This document shows positions 8,142-17,823 of a stretch of 64,000 nucleotides of DNA, piece after piece. The DNA comes from Polyangiales bacterium (GTDB lineage: Bacteria > Myxococcota_A > Polyangia > Polyangiales > Polyangiaceae): contig JBBRLQ010000003.1 in NCBI GenBank assembly GCA_038231275.1, positions 236,340 to 300,339 on the forward strand. Direction: 5' to 3'. The notes below the pieces were generated by a model. The model was given only the letters and a program-made list of their open reading frames with translations. It was not told the origin of the DNA and ran no database searches. The stretch's first letter is position 1. Each line of letters opens with the position of its first letter. A program made the position numbers and the translations under genes.

Positions 8142-10424
8142 GTGCGTGAGACCCGAGCCATCCTCTTTTTCGCGGCGCTTCTCGTCGCGGCCGCGTCGTC
8201 GTGCAGCAAGCACCAGGACGCGGCGCCCACGCCTGCGCCGCCGGTCGACGACTCCGACATCCTCATGTGCGACCCGCAGGACGGCCTGCCTGCGGTGACG
8301 GGAGACGCGAAGCCCGCGCGCGCGCCGCTCGTCGCGTGGGTCGATCCGTTCATCGGTACCGGCGGCGAGGGCTTCTCGGTCGGCAGCGCATTTCCAGGGC
8401 CGCAGCGGCCGTTCGGCATGGTGCGACCAGGGCCCGACACGTCGAGCGGCCACGAGCCGACGGAGTTCTCGCATTGCTCCGGCTACGCGCACGTCGACAC
8501 GTACATCGAGGGCTTCAGCCACACGCGCATGCACGGCACCGGCATCGCCGACTACGGCGGCGTCGCGCTCATGCCCGTCGTCGGGATGACCGAGGCGAAG
8601 CAGACGCAGACGGGGTACCGCCAGCGCTTCACGCACGCGACCGAGTCCGCGTCGCCCGGATATTACGCGGTGACCCTGGACGACACGAAGGTCAAGGTGG
8701 AGCTCACCGCCACCGAGCGCGTCGCTCTCCACCGCTACACGTTCCCCGTCGGCAGCGACGCGACCGTCCTCGTCGACGCCGCGCACGCGCTCGCCAACGC
8801 CAAGGTCGACAAGAGCGAGGTCCACCTCGACGCGGCCGCGCAGACGATCTCCGGCTCGTCGCACGTCATCGGCTCGTACTCGAACCGCGCCGGCGGCATC
8901 ATGATCTATTACGCGGCGCGCTTCGATCGGCCGTTCATGAAGAGCGGGGTCTGGCAGCAGGGGGCGGCAAACGGCGCGTGGGCGACGTTCGACGCGACGA
9001 GCGACGGCGTGGTCGGCGCCGCGGTCGGAATTTCGTTCGTTGACGAGGCGCACGCGAAGCTGAACCTCGCCGCCGAGGCCGCGCCGTTCGACACCGTGCG
9101 CGCCGGAGCCACCGCCGCGTGGGAGGCCGCGCTCGCGAAGATCCTCGTCGAGGGACGCAGCGAGCGGGACTTCAAGATCTTCTACACGGCGCTCTACCAC
9201 GCGCTCCTGATGCCGACGCTCGCCAGCGACACCGACGGCAGCTACCGCGGCTTCGACGGGCAGGTCCACGTCGCGCAGGGCTTCCGCTTCTTCTCGGATT
9301 TTTCGCTGTGGGACACGTACCGCACGCTTCATCCGTTCCTCGACATGCTCTACCCCGATCTCTCGCGCGAGATGCTCGCGTCGCTGCTCGAGATGGGGCG
9401 CGCGCTCGGGGCGATGCCGCGCTGGCCCGTGGTGAGCGGAGACGCGGACGGGATGGTGGGGGACAGCGCCGCTGTCGTCTTCGCGGACGCGCTTGCGAAG
9501 GGCGTCCCGAACGTCGACTACGCCGCCGCGTACGAAATTCTGAAGAAGAGCGCGACGGTCTCGTACCCGAAGGGGCGCGGCGGCGTCACGGAGTACACGA
9601 CGACCGGGTACGTGCCGATCGAGAGCGGCGGCGCGAGCGCGGCGAGGACGCTCGAGTATGCGTTCGACGACTTCGCGCTCGCGGGCATGGCGACCGCGCT
9701 CGGCCACGCCGACGACGCCGCGATGCTGACCGCGCACTCCGGCGCGTGGAAGAAGCTGTGGGACCCGGCGCAGGGCTACGTCCTCGGGCGCCACGCCGAC
9801 GGCACGTTCCCTCCGGCGATCCCGCTGTCGTGGGCCGACTACTACGCGGAGGGAGACTCGTGGCAGTACACGTTCTTCGCGCCGCACGACCCGCAGGGCA
9901 TGGCCGACGCGATGGGCGGCAAGGGGCCGATGCTCGACAAGCTCGAGCAGTTCTTCACGCACGCCGCATGCAAGCCCAAGGTCGTCGGATTGCCGCAGCC
10001 GTATTACTGGCAGGGCAACGAGGTCGACATCTTCTCGCCGTGGCTCTTCGCGTCGCTCGGCGACTCGGCACGGACGGCGCGGTACACGCGCTGGATCATG
10101 GCGAGCCTCTACGGCGACGGAGCCGACGGCCTGCCCGGCAACGACGACGGCGGCACGATGAGCAGCTGGTACATCTTCGCGTCGCTCGGCTTTTACCCGC
10201 TCGCCGGCACGCCGACCTACATCCTGGGCAGCCCGATCTTCACGCGCGCCACGGTTCACCTCGGCGGTGGGGACCTCGTCGTAGATGCGCCCGCGTCGAC
10301 GCCGCGCGCCCGCTACGTCGGCGGCGTCACGTTCGGCGGCACACCCCTGAACGGCTGGCGGGTGGCGCACGGCGACCTCGCGCGCGGCGGCACGCTCGCC
10401 TTCTCGATGAAAGAGACGCCGTAG
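8142..10424 (+). CDS. Glycoside hydrolase family 92 (alpha-1,2-mannosidase-like) lipoprotein
   Basis: 761 aa from GTG; lipoprotein signal (…LLVAAASSCS); GH92-like segments (…FSDFSLWDTYRTLHPF…, …WQYTFFAPHD…, …GLPGNDDGGTMSSWYIF…). Confidence 0.85.
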   Translation: MRETRAILFFAALLVAAASSCSKHQDAAPTPAPPVDDSDILMCDPQDGLPAVTGDAKPARAPLVAWVDPFIGTGGEGFSVGSAFPGPQRPFGMVRPGPDTSSGHEPTEFSHCSGYAHVDTYIEGFSHTRMHGTGIADYGGVALMPVVGMTEAKQTQTGYRQRFTHATESASPGYYAVTLDDTKVKVELTATERVALHRYTFPVGSDATVLVDAAHALANAKVDKSEVHLDAAAQTISGSSHVIGSYSNRAGGIMIYYAARFDRPFMKSGVWQQGAANGAWATFDATSDGVVGAAVGISFVDEAHAKLNLAAEAAPFDTVRAGATAAWEAALAKILVEGRSERDFKIFYTALYHALLMPTLASDTDGSYRGFDGQVHVAQGFRFFSDFSLWDTYRTLHPFLDMLYPDLSREMLASLLEMGRALGAMPRWPVVSGDADGMVGDSAAVVFADALAKGVPNVDYAAAYEILKKSATVSYPKGRGGVTEYTTTGYVPIESGGASAARTLEYAFDDFALAGMATALGHADDAAMLTAHSGAWKKLWDPAQGYVLGRHADGTFPPAIPLSWADYYAEGDSWQYTFFAPHDPQGMADAMGGKGPMLDKLEQFFTHAACKPKVVGLPQPYYWQGNEVDIFSPWLFASLGDSARTARYTRWIMASLYGDGADGLPGNDDGGTMSSWYIFASLGFYPLAGTPTYILGSPIFTRATVHLGGGDLVVDAPASTPRARYVGGVTFGGTPLNGWRVAHGDLARGGTLAFSMKETP

Positions 10425-10593
10425 GGACGCTTCCCGCGCAAGCATTCAACAAAAGCGCGTGAACGTCGTCGCTTTTCGGGGCAACAAGTCGGGGGCCACA
10501 GCGTAGAACTCCCCCGGACGTCGGCCGGGGAACCATCTCGACCGCCTTTTACCTTGTGGCACCGACGCGCACGCTCGTGAGCGCGCGCGACTT

Positions 10594-10598
10594 AGGAG
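10594..10598 (+). promoter_or_regulatory. Shine-Dalgarno (AGGAG) for lipoprotein gene at 10606
   Basis: AGGAG 7 nt upstream of ATG. Confidence 0.5.
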
Positions 10599-10605
10599 AC
10601 TCGTC

Positions 10606-11382
10606 ATGAAGCTTACTGCCGCTTTCCCCAGCCTCGGGCTGGTCGGGATGGTCGTGTTCGCCGGCTGTGCGTCGTCCCCGCAGCCTCCCGTCGTCGCCGC
10701 TCCCCCCGCGCTCGCGTCGGCCTCCGTTCCCGCCGCGCCGGCCCCGATCGAAGCGAAGGACGAAGCCCCCGCCGAGCCCGCCGCGCTCCCGAGCGAGTGC
10801 GTCGACGCAGACGCCAAGCCCTGTCTCCCCGAGGCCGACTTCGCCAAGCGCCTCTGCGCCGGCGTCTACCCGGAAGTGGCGCTCACGATGTTCGGCAAGT
10901 CGCAGCCGTGGACGCGCGGCTATCTGACCGGCGACACCGAGGCGTGGAACGCGTCGGGCGGCAAGGTGACCCGCTCGCACATGATCTTCGACGAGGAGGT
11001 CCTCGTCATGGCGCGCCGCGAGCACAAGGGGGGCATCGTCGTGACCGGCTCGGCGCAGAGCTTCGACGTACTTCGCTGGGACGGCACGTGCGTCTCGCTC
11101 GAAGGGGGCGAGATGACGTTCAAGAGGCCGCCCGTCGCGAAGAGCCCGTCGATCCCGTGGCGCCGTTTGAGCGAGGCCACGCGCACCGCGCTCCTCGCCG
11201 CGCCGAAGGTCCAGGCGTCGCAGAAGCTCGTGCAGAAAGAGTGCACCGGCGCGCCGCCGACGTCCGCGAGCGCCAAGAGCGGCACGACCCGCTGCGACAA
11301 GGCCGACGCCGCGTTCGATCGCGCGATCACCGAGTTCGTGCGTACTGGCGGCGAGCTGCCGGTCCCCGCGCGACGCCCGTAG
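10606..11382 (+). CDS. Hypothetical lipoprotein
   Basis: 258 aa; signal peptide with lipobox (VFAGCASS), Pro/Ala-rich linker then globular domain; RBS present. Confidence 0.75.
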   Translation: MKLTAAFPSLGLVGMVVFAGCASSPQPPVVAAPPALASASVPAAPAPIEAKDEAPAEPAALPSECVDADAKPCLPEADFAKRLCAGVYPEVALTMFGKSQPWTRGYLTGDTEAWNASGGKVTRSHMIFDEEVLVMARREHKGGIVVTGSAQSFDVLRWDGTCVSLEGGEMTFKRPPVAKSPSIPWRRLSEATRTALLAAPKVQASQKLVQKECTGAPPTSASAKSGTTRCDKADAAFDRAITEFVRTGGELPVPARRP

Positions 11383-11415
11383 TCGTCGCTTCTCGTCGCT
11401 CCTCGTCGGACGTCA

Positions 11416-13008
11416 TCAGGGCGGCAGGCCCTTCGCGCGGTAGCCCATGTACCGCCCGAAGGCGCGCGCCGCCTGGTTCCATTGCTTGGGGTTCTTCGTC
11501 GACATCGCCTCGATCCCGCTGTCGGCGAGCTTGTCGCCGAACGCGAGCCAGTGGCGATCGCCGGTGACCTCGAAGGCCGCGCCGAAGACGTGCACGATGA
11601 GGAGGTTGAGATCCGCGACGCCCGAGTCGTCCATCGGATCGCCGACGCATCCCCACAGATAGCGAAAGGCCTTGAGGTCGCTGGTGACGGCGTCCTTCTC
11701 GAACCACCCGGCCACGCGACGCACGCTCTCGGTGACGCGCGGATCTCCAGTGACCGCGCGGTAGTCCATGAGCGCGTCGACGAGGATCGACGTCATGAAC
11801 GGCGAGCCGCCGCGCGGACCCTTCTCGCACTCGTCGGGGTCGGGGCGCGCGATGTCGTGCTCGAAGGCGCCGCTCTTGCCGAGCGCTTGCCACGCGAACG
11901 CGTCGTCGGCCACGTCGGTCATGGCTTTTTTTACGTCGGGACGCGGATCGACGGCGTAGTACGCGGCGAGGCCCATGAGCGCCCAGCCCATGTTGCGCTC
12001 GGTGACGCGCAGCGTGTTCTCGTGGCCGGTGAAGAGCGCGTGCAGATCGCGCTTGAACGCCTCGCCCATCGCGATGACGGCCTCGCGCGCGGCAGGATCG
12101 CCGGTGAGGAGCCAGTCGTCGAGCATGCCCTGGCCGGTCATGCGGCGCATGACGCTCCAGTCGAGCGGCTTGGCGGGCGTCCAGTCTTTGCGCTCGCACG
12201 CCTGCACCGCCATCGCGCGGCCGTCCATGAAGCGCAGCTCCTTCGCGCGGTAGAGCGTCGACTCGGCGCGCGCGCGCCGGTAGGTGGCGGGGCTCGGGGT
12301 GCGGAGGAAGCGCTGGAAGAAGGCGTGCGGACCGTCGTAGTAGGTGCGGTGGTTGGTCGTGTGCTCGCAGTCCATGCCGTGCGACTCGTACGTCGGGCTC
12401 ATCTCGGCGAGGCCGCGCTCGAGCGCCGTCTCGTAGCGGACGAAGCGCGTGTCGCGCGCGACGGGGACCTGTGGGCCGCTCACGAGCGAGTCCGCGTACC
12501 ATTGCGCGGGGAGCGTCGCGACGAAGGGGCCGTCGGGATTCGGGACGATCGTGTCTTTCACGACGCGTCCCTTCGGCGTGAGCCTTACGACCATCGCGCC
12601 GTTCGGACCGAGCGTCGCGCGGAAGGAGACACGCACGCTGCGCGCAGAGCCGTCGACCGGCCACTTTGCGAGCACCTGCGCGTCACGCGCGAGGCCGTTG
12701 CCGCTCGCGTCGACGAGCGCGAGCGACGATTCGTCCTTCAGCTTGCCGGGCGAGAACGGAACGCCGAGCGAGACGACGACGTCTTTGCCCTCCGCTTTGT
12801 CCGCGGTCACCACGATCGGGATGGCGCTCGGATCCGCCGCAGCGCCCGCGCCCGTCCCCGCGGGAGGCGGCGGCGGAACCTCGGACGACGCGCTCGGCGT
12901 GAGCGCACCCGGTCCTCCGAAATCGGACGGACCGCACGCGACGAGCGCAGCGAACGCGCCGAGCCCGAGCCGGAACGCGCGGGCGCACGAGGAAGGGCGA
13001 CGCGGCAT
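11416..13008 (-). CDS. Hypothetical lipoprotein, alpha-helical (possible alpha/alpha-toroid glycan-active enzyme)
   Basis: 530 aa; lipobox (ALVACGPS), Pro-rich linker, long helical C-terminal domain; convergent with preceding lipoprotein gene. Confidence 0.7.
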   Translation of the reverse strand: MPRRPSSCARAFRLGLGAFAALVACGPSDFGGPGALTPSASSEVPPPPPAGTGAGAAADPSAIPIVVTADKAEGKDVVVSLGVPFSPGKLKDESSLALVDASGNGLARDAQVLAKWPVDGSARSVRVSFRATLGPNGAMVVRLTPKGRVVKDTIVPNPDGPFVATLPAQWYADSLVSGPQVPVARDTRFVRYETALERGLAEMSPTYESHGMDCEHTTNHRTYYDGPHAFFQRFLRTPSPATYRRARAESTLYRAKELRFMDGRAMAVQACERKDWTPAKPLDWSVMRRMTGQGMLDDWLLTGDPAAREAVIAMGEAFKRDLHALFTGHENTLRVTERNMGWALMGLAAYYAVDPRPDVKKAMTDVADDAFAWQALGKSGAFEHDIARPDPDECEKGPRGGSPFMTSILVDALMDYRAVTGDPRVTESVRRVAGWFEKDAVTSDLKAFRYLWGCVGDPMDDSGVADLNLLIVHVFGAAFEVTGDRHWLAFGDKLADSGIEAMSTKNPKQWNQAARAFGRYMGYRAKGLPP

Positions 13009-13037
13009 CGTGATCCCCGCGAGACTACCAGCTCGCG

Positions 13038-14105
13038 GTGTACGCTGGTCGGGTGACGCAGGTGCCCGAGCACGCGCTGTCTCCGATCTTCCGGACGACG
13101 ATCGAGGCGCTCCTCGCGCCGCGCCGGCTCATCCCCATCACCGTCGTCATCCTGCCGCTCCTCTTCCTGCAGGTGAACTACAGCTACGACGCGTTCGCGT
13201 TGCCGCTCGCGATGGTGATGTGCGCGGCGTTCCTGCTCGTCGCGCCGACGTTGTGGCGGTTCTACTTTCCGCTGCGCGGCGGGCGTGGGTCGGTCGTCTT
13301 GCGCGGCGTCGCGTACGGCGCGGCGGGCGTCGGGCTCATCCTCGGCATCGGGCGCGGCGTGCCGGCGGTCGTCGGGATGGGGCACACGTTCCTCACGACG
13401 AACCCGAGCTTGCTGGTGTCGATCGCGCTCTTCTGGGTCGGCGGCTGGGGGCTGGCGCGCGACATCGATCTCGAGGCCGACCTCAAGGCGAGCCACGCGC
13501 GGGCGGATGCGCTCGCGCGCGAGGCCGAGCACGCGCAGCTCCTTGCGCTCCGGAGCCATTTCGATCCGCACTTTCTCTTCAACACGCTGAACGCCATCGC
13601 CGAGTGGTGCCGCTCCGACGGTGCGGTCGCCGAGCAAGCGATCCTTCGTCTGTCGTCCATGCTGCGCACCGTAATGAGCGGAATCCAGGCGAAGAGCTGG
13701 CCGTTGTCGAAGGAGCTCGAGCTCGTCGACACCCTCTTCCAGATGTACCTCCTCCGCGATCCTGCTCTTTTCGTGTACCGCCGCGACGTGCCGGACGATT
13801 TGCCGGAGCTCGAGGTGCCGCCCATGATTTTGCTGCCGGCCGCCGAGAACGCGATGAAGCACGGCCCCAGCGCCGGAAAGCGCGGTGACGTCGCGCTTCG
13901 CGTGCGCGCCGACGCGCGGAGCCTGACCGTCGAGATCGAGAACCCCGGCGCCTTCAAAGGGCGCCGCGTGGGAGGGAGCGGCCTGCCGATGATCGAGAAA
14001 CGCCTCGCGCTGACGTATGACGAGGGAGCCATGTTCGACATCCGCGCCGAGGGAGACAAGACGATCGCCACGATCCGCGTTCCGCGAAAGGAGGTCGCCC
14101 GATGA
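13038..14105 (+). CDS. Sensor histidine kinase, LytS/YehU family
   Basis: 355 aa; N-terminal TM helices, His_kinase region (…LRSHFDPHFLFNTLNAI…), HATPase_c region; stop overlaps next gene (ATGA). Confidence 0.85.
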   Translation: MYAGRVTQVPEHALSPIFRTTIEALLAPRRLIPITVVILPLLFLQVNYSYDAFALPLAMVMCAAFLLVAPTLWRFYFPLRGGRGSVVLRGVAYGAAGVGLILGIGRGVPAVVGMGHTFLTTNPSLLVSIALFWVGGWGLARDIDLEADLKASHARADALAREAEHAQLLALRSHFDPHFLFNTLNAIAEWCRSDGAVAEQAILRLSSMLRTVMSGIQAKSWPLSKELELVDTLFQMYLLRDPALFVYRRDVPDDLPELEVPPMILLPAAENAMKHGPSAGKRGDVALRVRADARSLTVEIENPGAFKGRRVGGSGLPMIEKRLALTYDEGAMFDIRAEGDKTIATIRVPRKEVAR

Positions 14106-14857
14106 GCCTGCCCCTGCGTGTGCTGGTGTGCGACGACGAGATGATCGCGCGGAAGCGTGCGTCGCGACTCTTGTCGGAGATGGAAGGGGTCGAGGTGGTC
14201 GGCGAGTGCGAGAGCGGCGACGAGCTCCTCGCCAAGCTCGGGGAGGATGAGATCGATCTCGTGGTCCTCGACATCAACATGCCGGGGATGACCGGCATCG
14301 AGGCGGCGATGAAGATGCCCGAGGAGCGGCCGTACATCGTCTTCCTCACGGCGCATCCCGAGCACGCGCTCGAGGCGTTCGACGTCGGGGCAACGGACTA
14401 TCTGCTGAAGCCCGTCGACGACGCGCGCCTGAAAAAAGCGCTCGATCGCGCGCGAAAGCAGCTCGACGCGCCAACGGGAGGGGGAGGGGGGCCTGGAACG
14501 GCGGGCGTCGGCTCCGATGGCGCGCCGCTCGCGCGTCTTGCGATCGAGACCAAGGGCGGCGTCGTGCTCGTGTCGCCCGACGAGGTGACGCACGCGGTGT
14601 TCGATGGCCAGCTCGTGACCGTGCATACGAAGGAGAAGTCGTACCTGAGCGACGCGACGCTGCAGGACCTCGAGGACAAGCTGCCGAAGGGGCACTTCGA
14701 GCGCGTTCACCGGCGTGCGCTCGTGAACCTGCACCAGGTGGAGCGGCTCGAGCCGGTTCTGAGCGGCGGCTACGTCGCGCGTTTGAACGGCGGAAAGACG
14801 GCAGACGTGTCGCGGCAGGCGGCGCGGAAGCTGCGGCGCAGGCTGGGAATCACCTAG
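14102..14857 (+). CDS. LytTR-family response regulator
   Basis: 251 aa; receiver domain (VLVCDDE…LVVLDINMPGMTG…), C-terminal LytTR DNA-binding domain (…FERVHRRALVNLHQV…). Confidence 0.88.
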   Translation: MSLPLRVLVCDDEMIARKRASRLLSEMEGVEVVGECESGDELLAKLGEDEIDLVVLDINMPGMTGIEAAMKMPEERPYIVFLTAHPEHALEAFDVGATDYLLKPVDDARLKKALDRARKQLDAPTGGGGGPGTAGVGSDGAPLARLAIETKGGVVLVSPDEVTHAVFDGQLVTVHTKEKSYLSDATLQDLEDKLPKGHFERVHRRALVNLHQVERLEPVLSGGYVARLNGGKTADVSRQAARKLRRRLGIT

Positions 14858-14875
14858 CCTCGCGCGCCACCGGTC

Positions 14876-16645
14876 GTGAACCGCGGGCGAGCGGTCGCCT
14901 CGCACGAGTGGGCTGCGCAACATTGTGGGCGGCTCATGCGTCCATCTCTCATGCAATCTCCGCTGCTTCCGCCGCACGCGTACGTCCCCGTCCGACCCCT
15001 CGGGGATGCGGGGGACTTTCCTCTTCCGGTGGCGCCTCCTCCCATCGCGCCCGCGCGACCCCTGGAGCTGGCAGCGCTCGTGGCGATGGTCGTCCTGTTC
15101 GACGTCGCGACGTACGACGCGCCGGGCGGCGCAGGATTCGCGGCGCTCCTCGCCGGCGTTCCGGTCATGCTCCTCGCCGCGGCGCGCGAGCGGGTGCGAT
15201 CGTGGCGCGGGCTCGTGCTCGGCGCGCTCTTGGCGTTCGCGGCGGCGCGCTGCGCCTGGCAGTGGAGCGCGGGATCGGTCGTCGTCGGGCTCGGGCTCCT
15301 CCTCGCCTTCGCGATCGCGCTGCGGACGAAGCGCTCGTTCGTCCCCGAGCTCGTGGTGTCCTCGTTGGGCTCGCTCTTCGGCTCCTTCCGCGAGCTCTGG
15401 AACTTCGGAGGAACCGGCGTCGCGATGGCGCGGCCGGAGCGCCTCTCGAAGGTGCGCTGGGTCGCGCTGTTCGTGCCGCTCGCGCTCGTCGTCGTCTTCG
15501 GGCTCGTCTTCGCGGCGGCCAACCCCGTCGTCGCGCGGCTGCTGCAGGCCGCGATCGCGCACCTGCCGCGCCTCGCATGGTTTCCGTCGCCGCTGCGCGT
15601 CGTCTTCTGGGCGGCGTGCGCGCTCGCGGCGGCGGGGCTCCTGCGTCCGGTGTGCCGCGAGCTCCTCGGCCTCGATACGCGCCTTGGTCCGGGAGAGGCG
15701 CTGGCGCCGAGCGTCGACGAGGCGACGGCGGCGCGGTTGTCGGTGGCGCGCAACGGCATGCTCGCCTTGAACGTCCTCTTCCTCGCGTACAACGCCCTCG
15801 ACGCGGTCTACCTCTGGGCGGGGCGCGCGCCTTCCGGCGTGAGCCACACCGACTACGCGCACGGCGGCGCGGCGTGGCTGACGGTGGCGCTCGTGATGAG
15901 CACCATCGTCCTCGGCGCGATGTTCCGCGGCGCGATCGCGACGGATCCGCAGGGCAAGATCGCGCGCGCGCTGGCGTACGCGTGGGCCGGGCAGAACGTC
16001 GTGCTCGCGATCGGGACGTTCCGGCGGATCACGATGTATGTATCTTACAGCGGTCTCACCAACCTGCGGATCGTGGGGATTTTCGGCACCGCGCTGGCCA
16101 CCGTCGGGCTGGCGGTGATCGTCGTGAAGCTCGCACGCCGGCGCACGATGCTCTGGGTGCTGCGCCGCCAGCTCGACGCCTTTGCGGTCGCGGTGGCGCT
16201 CTACGCCGTGACGCCGACCGGGTGGATCGCGATGCGGTACAACGTCGCGCGGATCGAAGCCGCGCAGTACCGGCCGCTGCTCCACTTATTCCAGCAGCCG
16301 ATCCGCGCTGAGGCGCTCCCCGAGATGATCGCGCTCGTCGATCACCCGGACGCGACCGTCGCCGACGGCGCCGCCGCGATGCTCGTCGATCAAACGGACC
16401 TGCTCGAGCGGCTCGCGCGCGAAGAGCCGCGATGGTCGGAGTGGGAGGGCTCGCGCAGCCACGCGCGTACGGCGCTCGCCGACGCGGCGCCGCGGATCCA
16501 CGCGCGCGCGCCGACGGCCGAGACGCGCGCGGCGGCGTTGGCGAAGCTGCGAGGGGTCGCCTACGGCATCAACGAGGAGGTCGAGCGCGAAGGCGACGAG
16601 GCGGCGTTCGACTGGGCCTCGCGGCGCTATCCGGCGCGGTATTGA
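14876..16645 (+). CDS. Polytopic membrane protein (DUF4173-like)
   Basis: 589 aa with >10 predicted TM helices and a soluble C-terminal tail; start uncertain (alternative in-frame starts downstream). Confidence 0.7.
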   Translation: MNRGRAVASHEWAAQHCGRLMRPSLMQSPLLPPHAYVPVRPLGDAGDFPLPVAPPPIAPARPLELAALVAMVVLFDVATYDAPGGAGFAALLAGVPVMLLAAARERVRSWRGLVLGALLAFAAARCAWQWSAGSVVVGLGLLLAFAIALRTKRSFVPELVVSSLGSLFGSFRELWNFGGTGVAMARPERLSKVRWVALFVPLALVVVFGLVFAAANPVVARLLQAAIAHLPRLAWFPSPLRVVFWAACALAAAGLLRPVCRELLGLDTRLGPGEALAPSVDEATAARLSVARNGMLALNVLFLAYNALDAVYLWAGRAPSGVSHTDYAHGGAAWLTVALVMSTIVLGAMFRGAIATDPQGKIARALAYAWAGQNVVLAIGTFRRITMYVSYSGLTNLRIVGIFGTALATVGLAVIVVKLARRRTMLWVLRRQLDAFAVAVALYAVTPTGWIAMRYNVARIEAAQYRPLLHLFQQPIRAEALPEMIALVDHPDATVADGAAAMLVDQTDLLERLAREEPRWSEWEGSRSHARTALADAAPRIHARAPTAETRAAALAKLRGVAYGINEEVEREGDEAAFDWASRRYPARY

Positions 16646-16648
16646 CCC

Positions 16649-17803
16649 TCACCGGACGGTGCAGCCAAGCCAGCCCATCGGAGCCGGCAGCGCGGTCAGC
16701 GGCGTCCAGTTGCTCAGGGAGCCGTCGCCCGCGACCGTCGACACGAGCACCTCGGAGAGCGCTCCGCCGTCGCGCGCCGACACGCCGCCCAGTACATAGA
16801 TTCGACCGCCGTACGCGACCGCGCAGTGCTCTCCACGCCCGAGGCCTGGGAGAGGCGTCGGCGTGATCGACCACGCTTGGGGGACGTGCGCTACGAGAGT
16901 GGAGACTTCTATCGCGTTGATCGCCGTGTTTGACCCGTTGAACCCGCCGATGACGTAGAGGTGGCCGCCTACGTGGACGAGCTGGGCCATCATCCGCCCG
17001 ACCTTCAGCGGAGGTCCGAGCGAGAACGCACCCGTGATTCCTCCGTCCGCCGTCAGCCCGCCGAACGTCGTCTCGTCGCTCGCAAAGATCTCGGTGGCCC
17101 CATCATTCACCGCGCCGCCGGCCGTGAAGAGCGAAGTGTCGTCGGTGGCCATCGCGTGGCCCCATAGGCCACGGGTCACCTGACCGAAATTCTGGAGCAC
17201 GACCATCGAGGGGCTTACCTGAAGGGCGTAGAGGTCCGGAGAGCCGAGCCCGCTGGCGCCCTTGAAGCCGCCGAGGACGTACACGTTGCTCCCGACGGCC
17301 ACCGCGGCGTGGCGGAACGAGGCCGGCCCGATCACGAGATCGCTCCAGCCGGCGTCCCCGAAGAGGAGCACGTCGTTGTCGGCGCCGCCGCCGTCGGGCG
17401 GGCGACCGTAGAGCGCGACGACGCGGCCTTGCACGTTCACGGTGTGCGCGCCGAGGCGGGCTGACGGTAGATCCTTTTCTGACGCCCAAGGGCCCAGGGT
17501 GCCGTCCGGCAGGATCGGCGCGGAGTGGACGGTGTTCACGCCGTTCCAGAAGTCGGTGCCGCCCGCGACGGCGTAGAGACGCGCTCCACTGGGCGCTGTC
17601 GAGTCGGCGTGGTCCGCGGCGTCGGGCGAGGAGATCGGCGCGTCGGGCTGCGCGGCGTCCGGCGACCCGGGAGCGTCGGCGGCGTCCTCCCCAGCGGCGC
17701 CTCCGTCGGCCGCGGCGTACTCGACGTCATCGACGCCGAGGATGCCCGCGCACCCGCAAATGCCGGCGAAGGCGGCGACGAGCGCGCGCACGTGAGACCG
17801 CAC
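16649..17803 (-). CDS. Kelch-repeat (galactose-oxidase-like beta-propeller) lipoprotein
   Basis: 384 aa; lipobox (AFAGICGCAG), repeated Kelch-like blades (…VYVLGG…, …LYVIGG…, …IYVLGG…). Confidence 0.8.
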   Translation of the reverse strand: MRSHVRALVAAFAGICGCAGILGVDDVEYAAADGGAAGEDAADAPGSPDAAQPDAPISSPDAADHADSTAPSGARLYAVAGGTDFWNGVNTVHSAPILPDGTLGPWASEKDLPSARLGAHTVNVQGRVVALYGRPPDGGGADNDVLLFGDAGWSDLVIGPASFRHAAVAVGSNVYVLGGFKGASGLGSPDLYALQVSPSMVVLQNFGQVTRGLWGHAMATDDTSLFTAGGAVNDGATEIFASDETTFGGLTADGGITGAFSLGPPLKVGRMMAQLVHVGGHLYVIGGFNGSNTAINAIEVSTLVAHVPQAWSITPTPLPGLGRGEHCAVAYGGRIYVLGGVSARDGGALSEVLVSTVAGDGSLSNWTPLTALPAPMGWLGCTVR

Positions 17804-17823
17804 CCCACCACGTTACTCCGTTC

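Noticed and set aside
7547-8440. 297-aa minus-strand ORF overlapping the 2OG-oxygenase-like gene and GH92 start
   Set aside because: Poor GC3 pattern and low-complexity translation; plus-strand genes have recognizable motifs
8097-10445. 782-aa minus-strand ORF covering the GH92 gene
   Set aside because: Arg/Ala/Gly-rich translation with no domain-like segments, antisense to a well-supported gene; typical spurious long ORF of a ~70% GC genome
13262-16285. 1007-aa minus-strand ORF across the HK/RR/membrane-protein genes
   Set aside because: R/P/E-rich nonsense translation; opposite strand carries three genes with clear motifs
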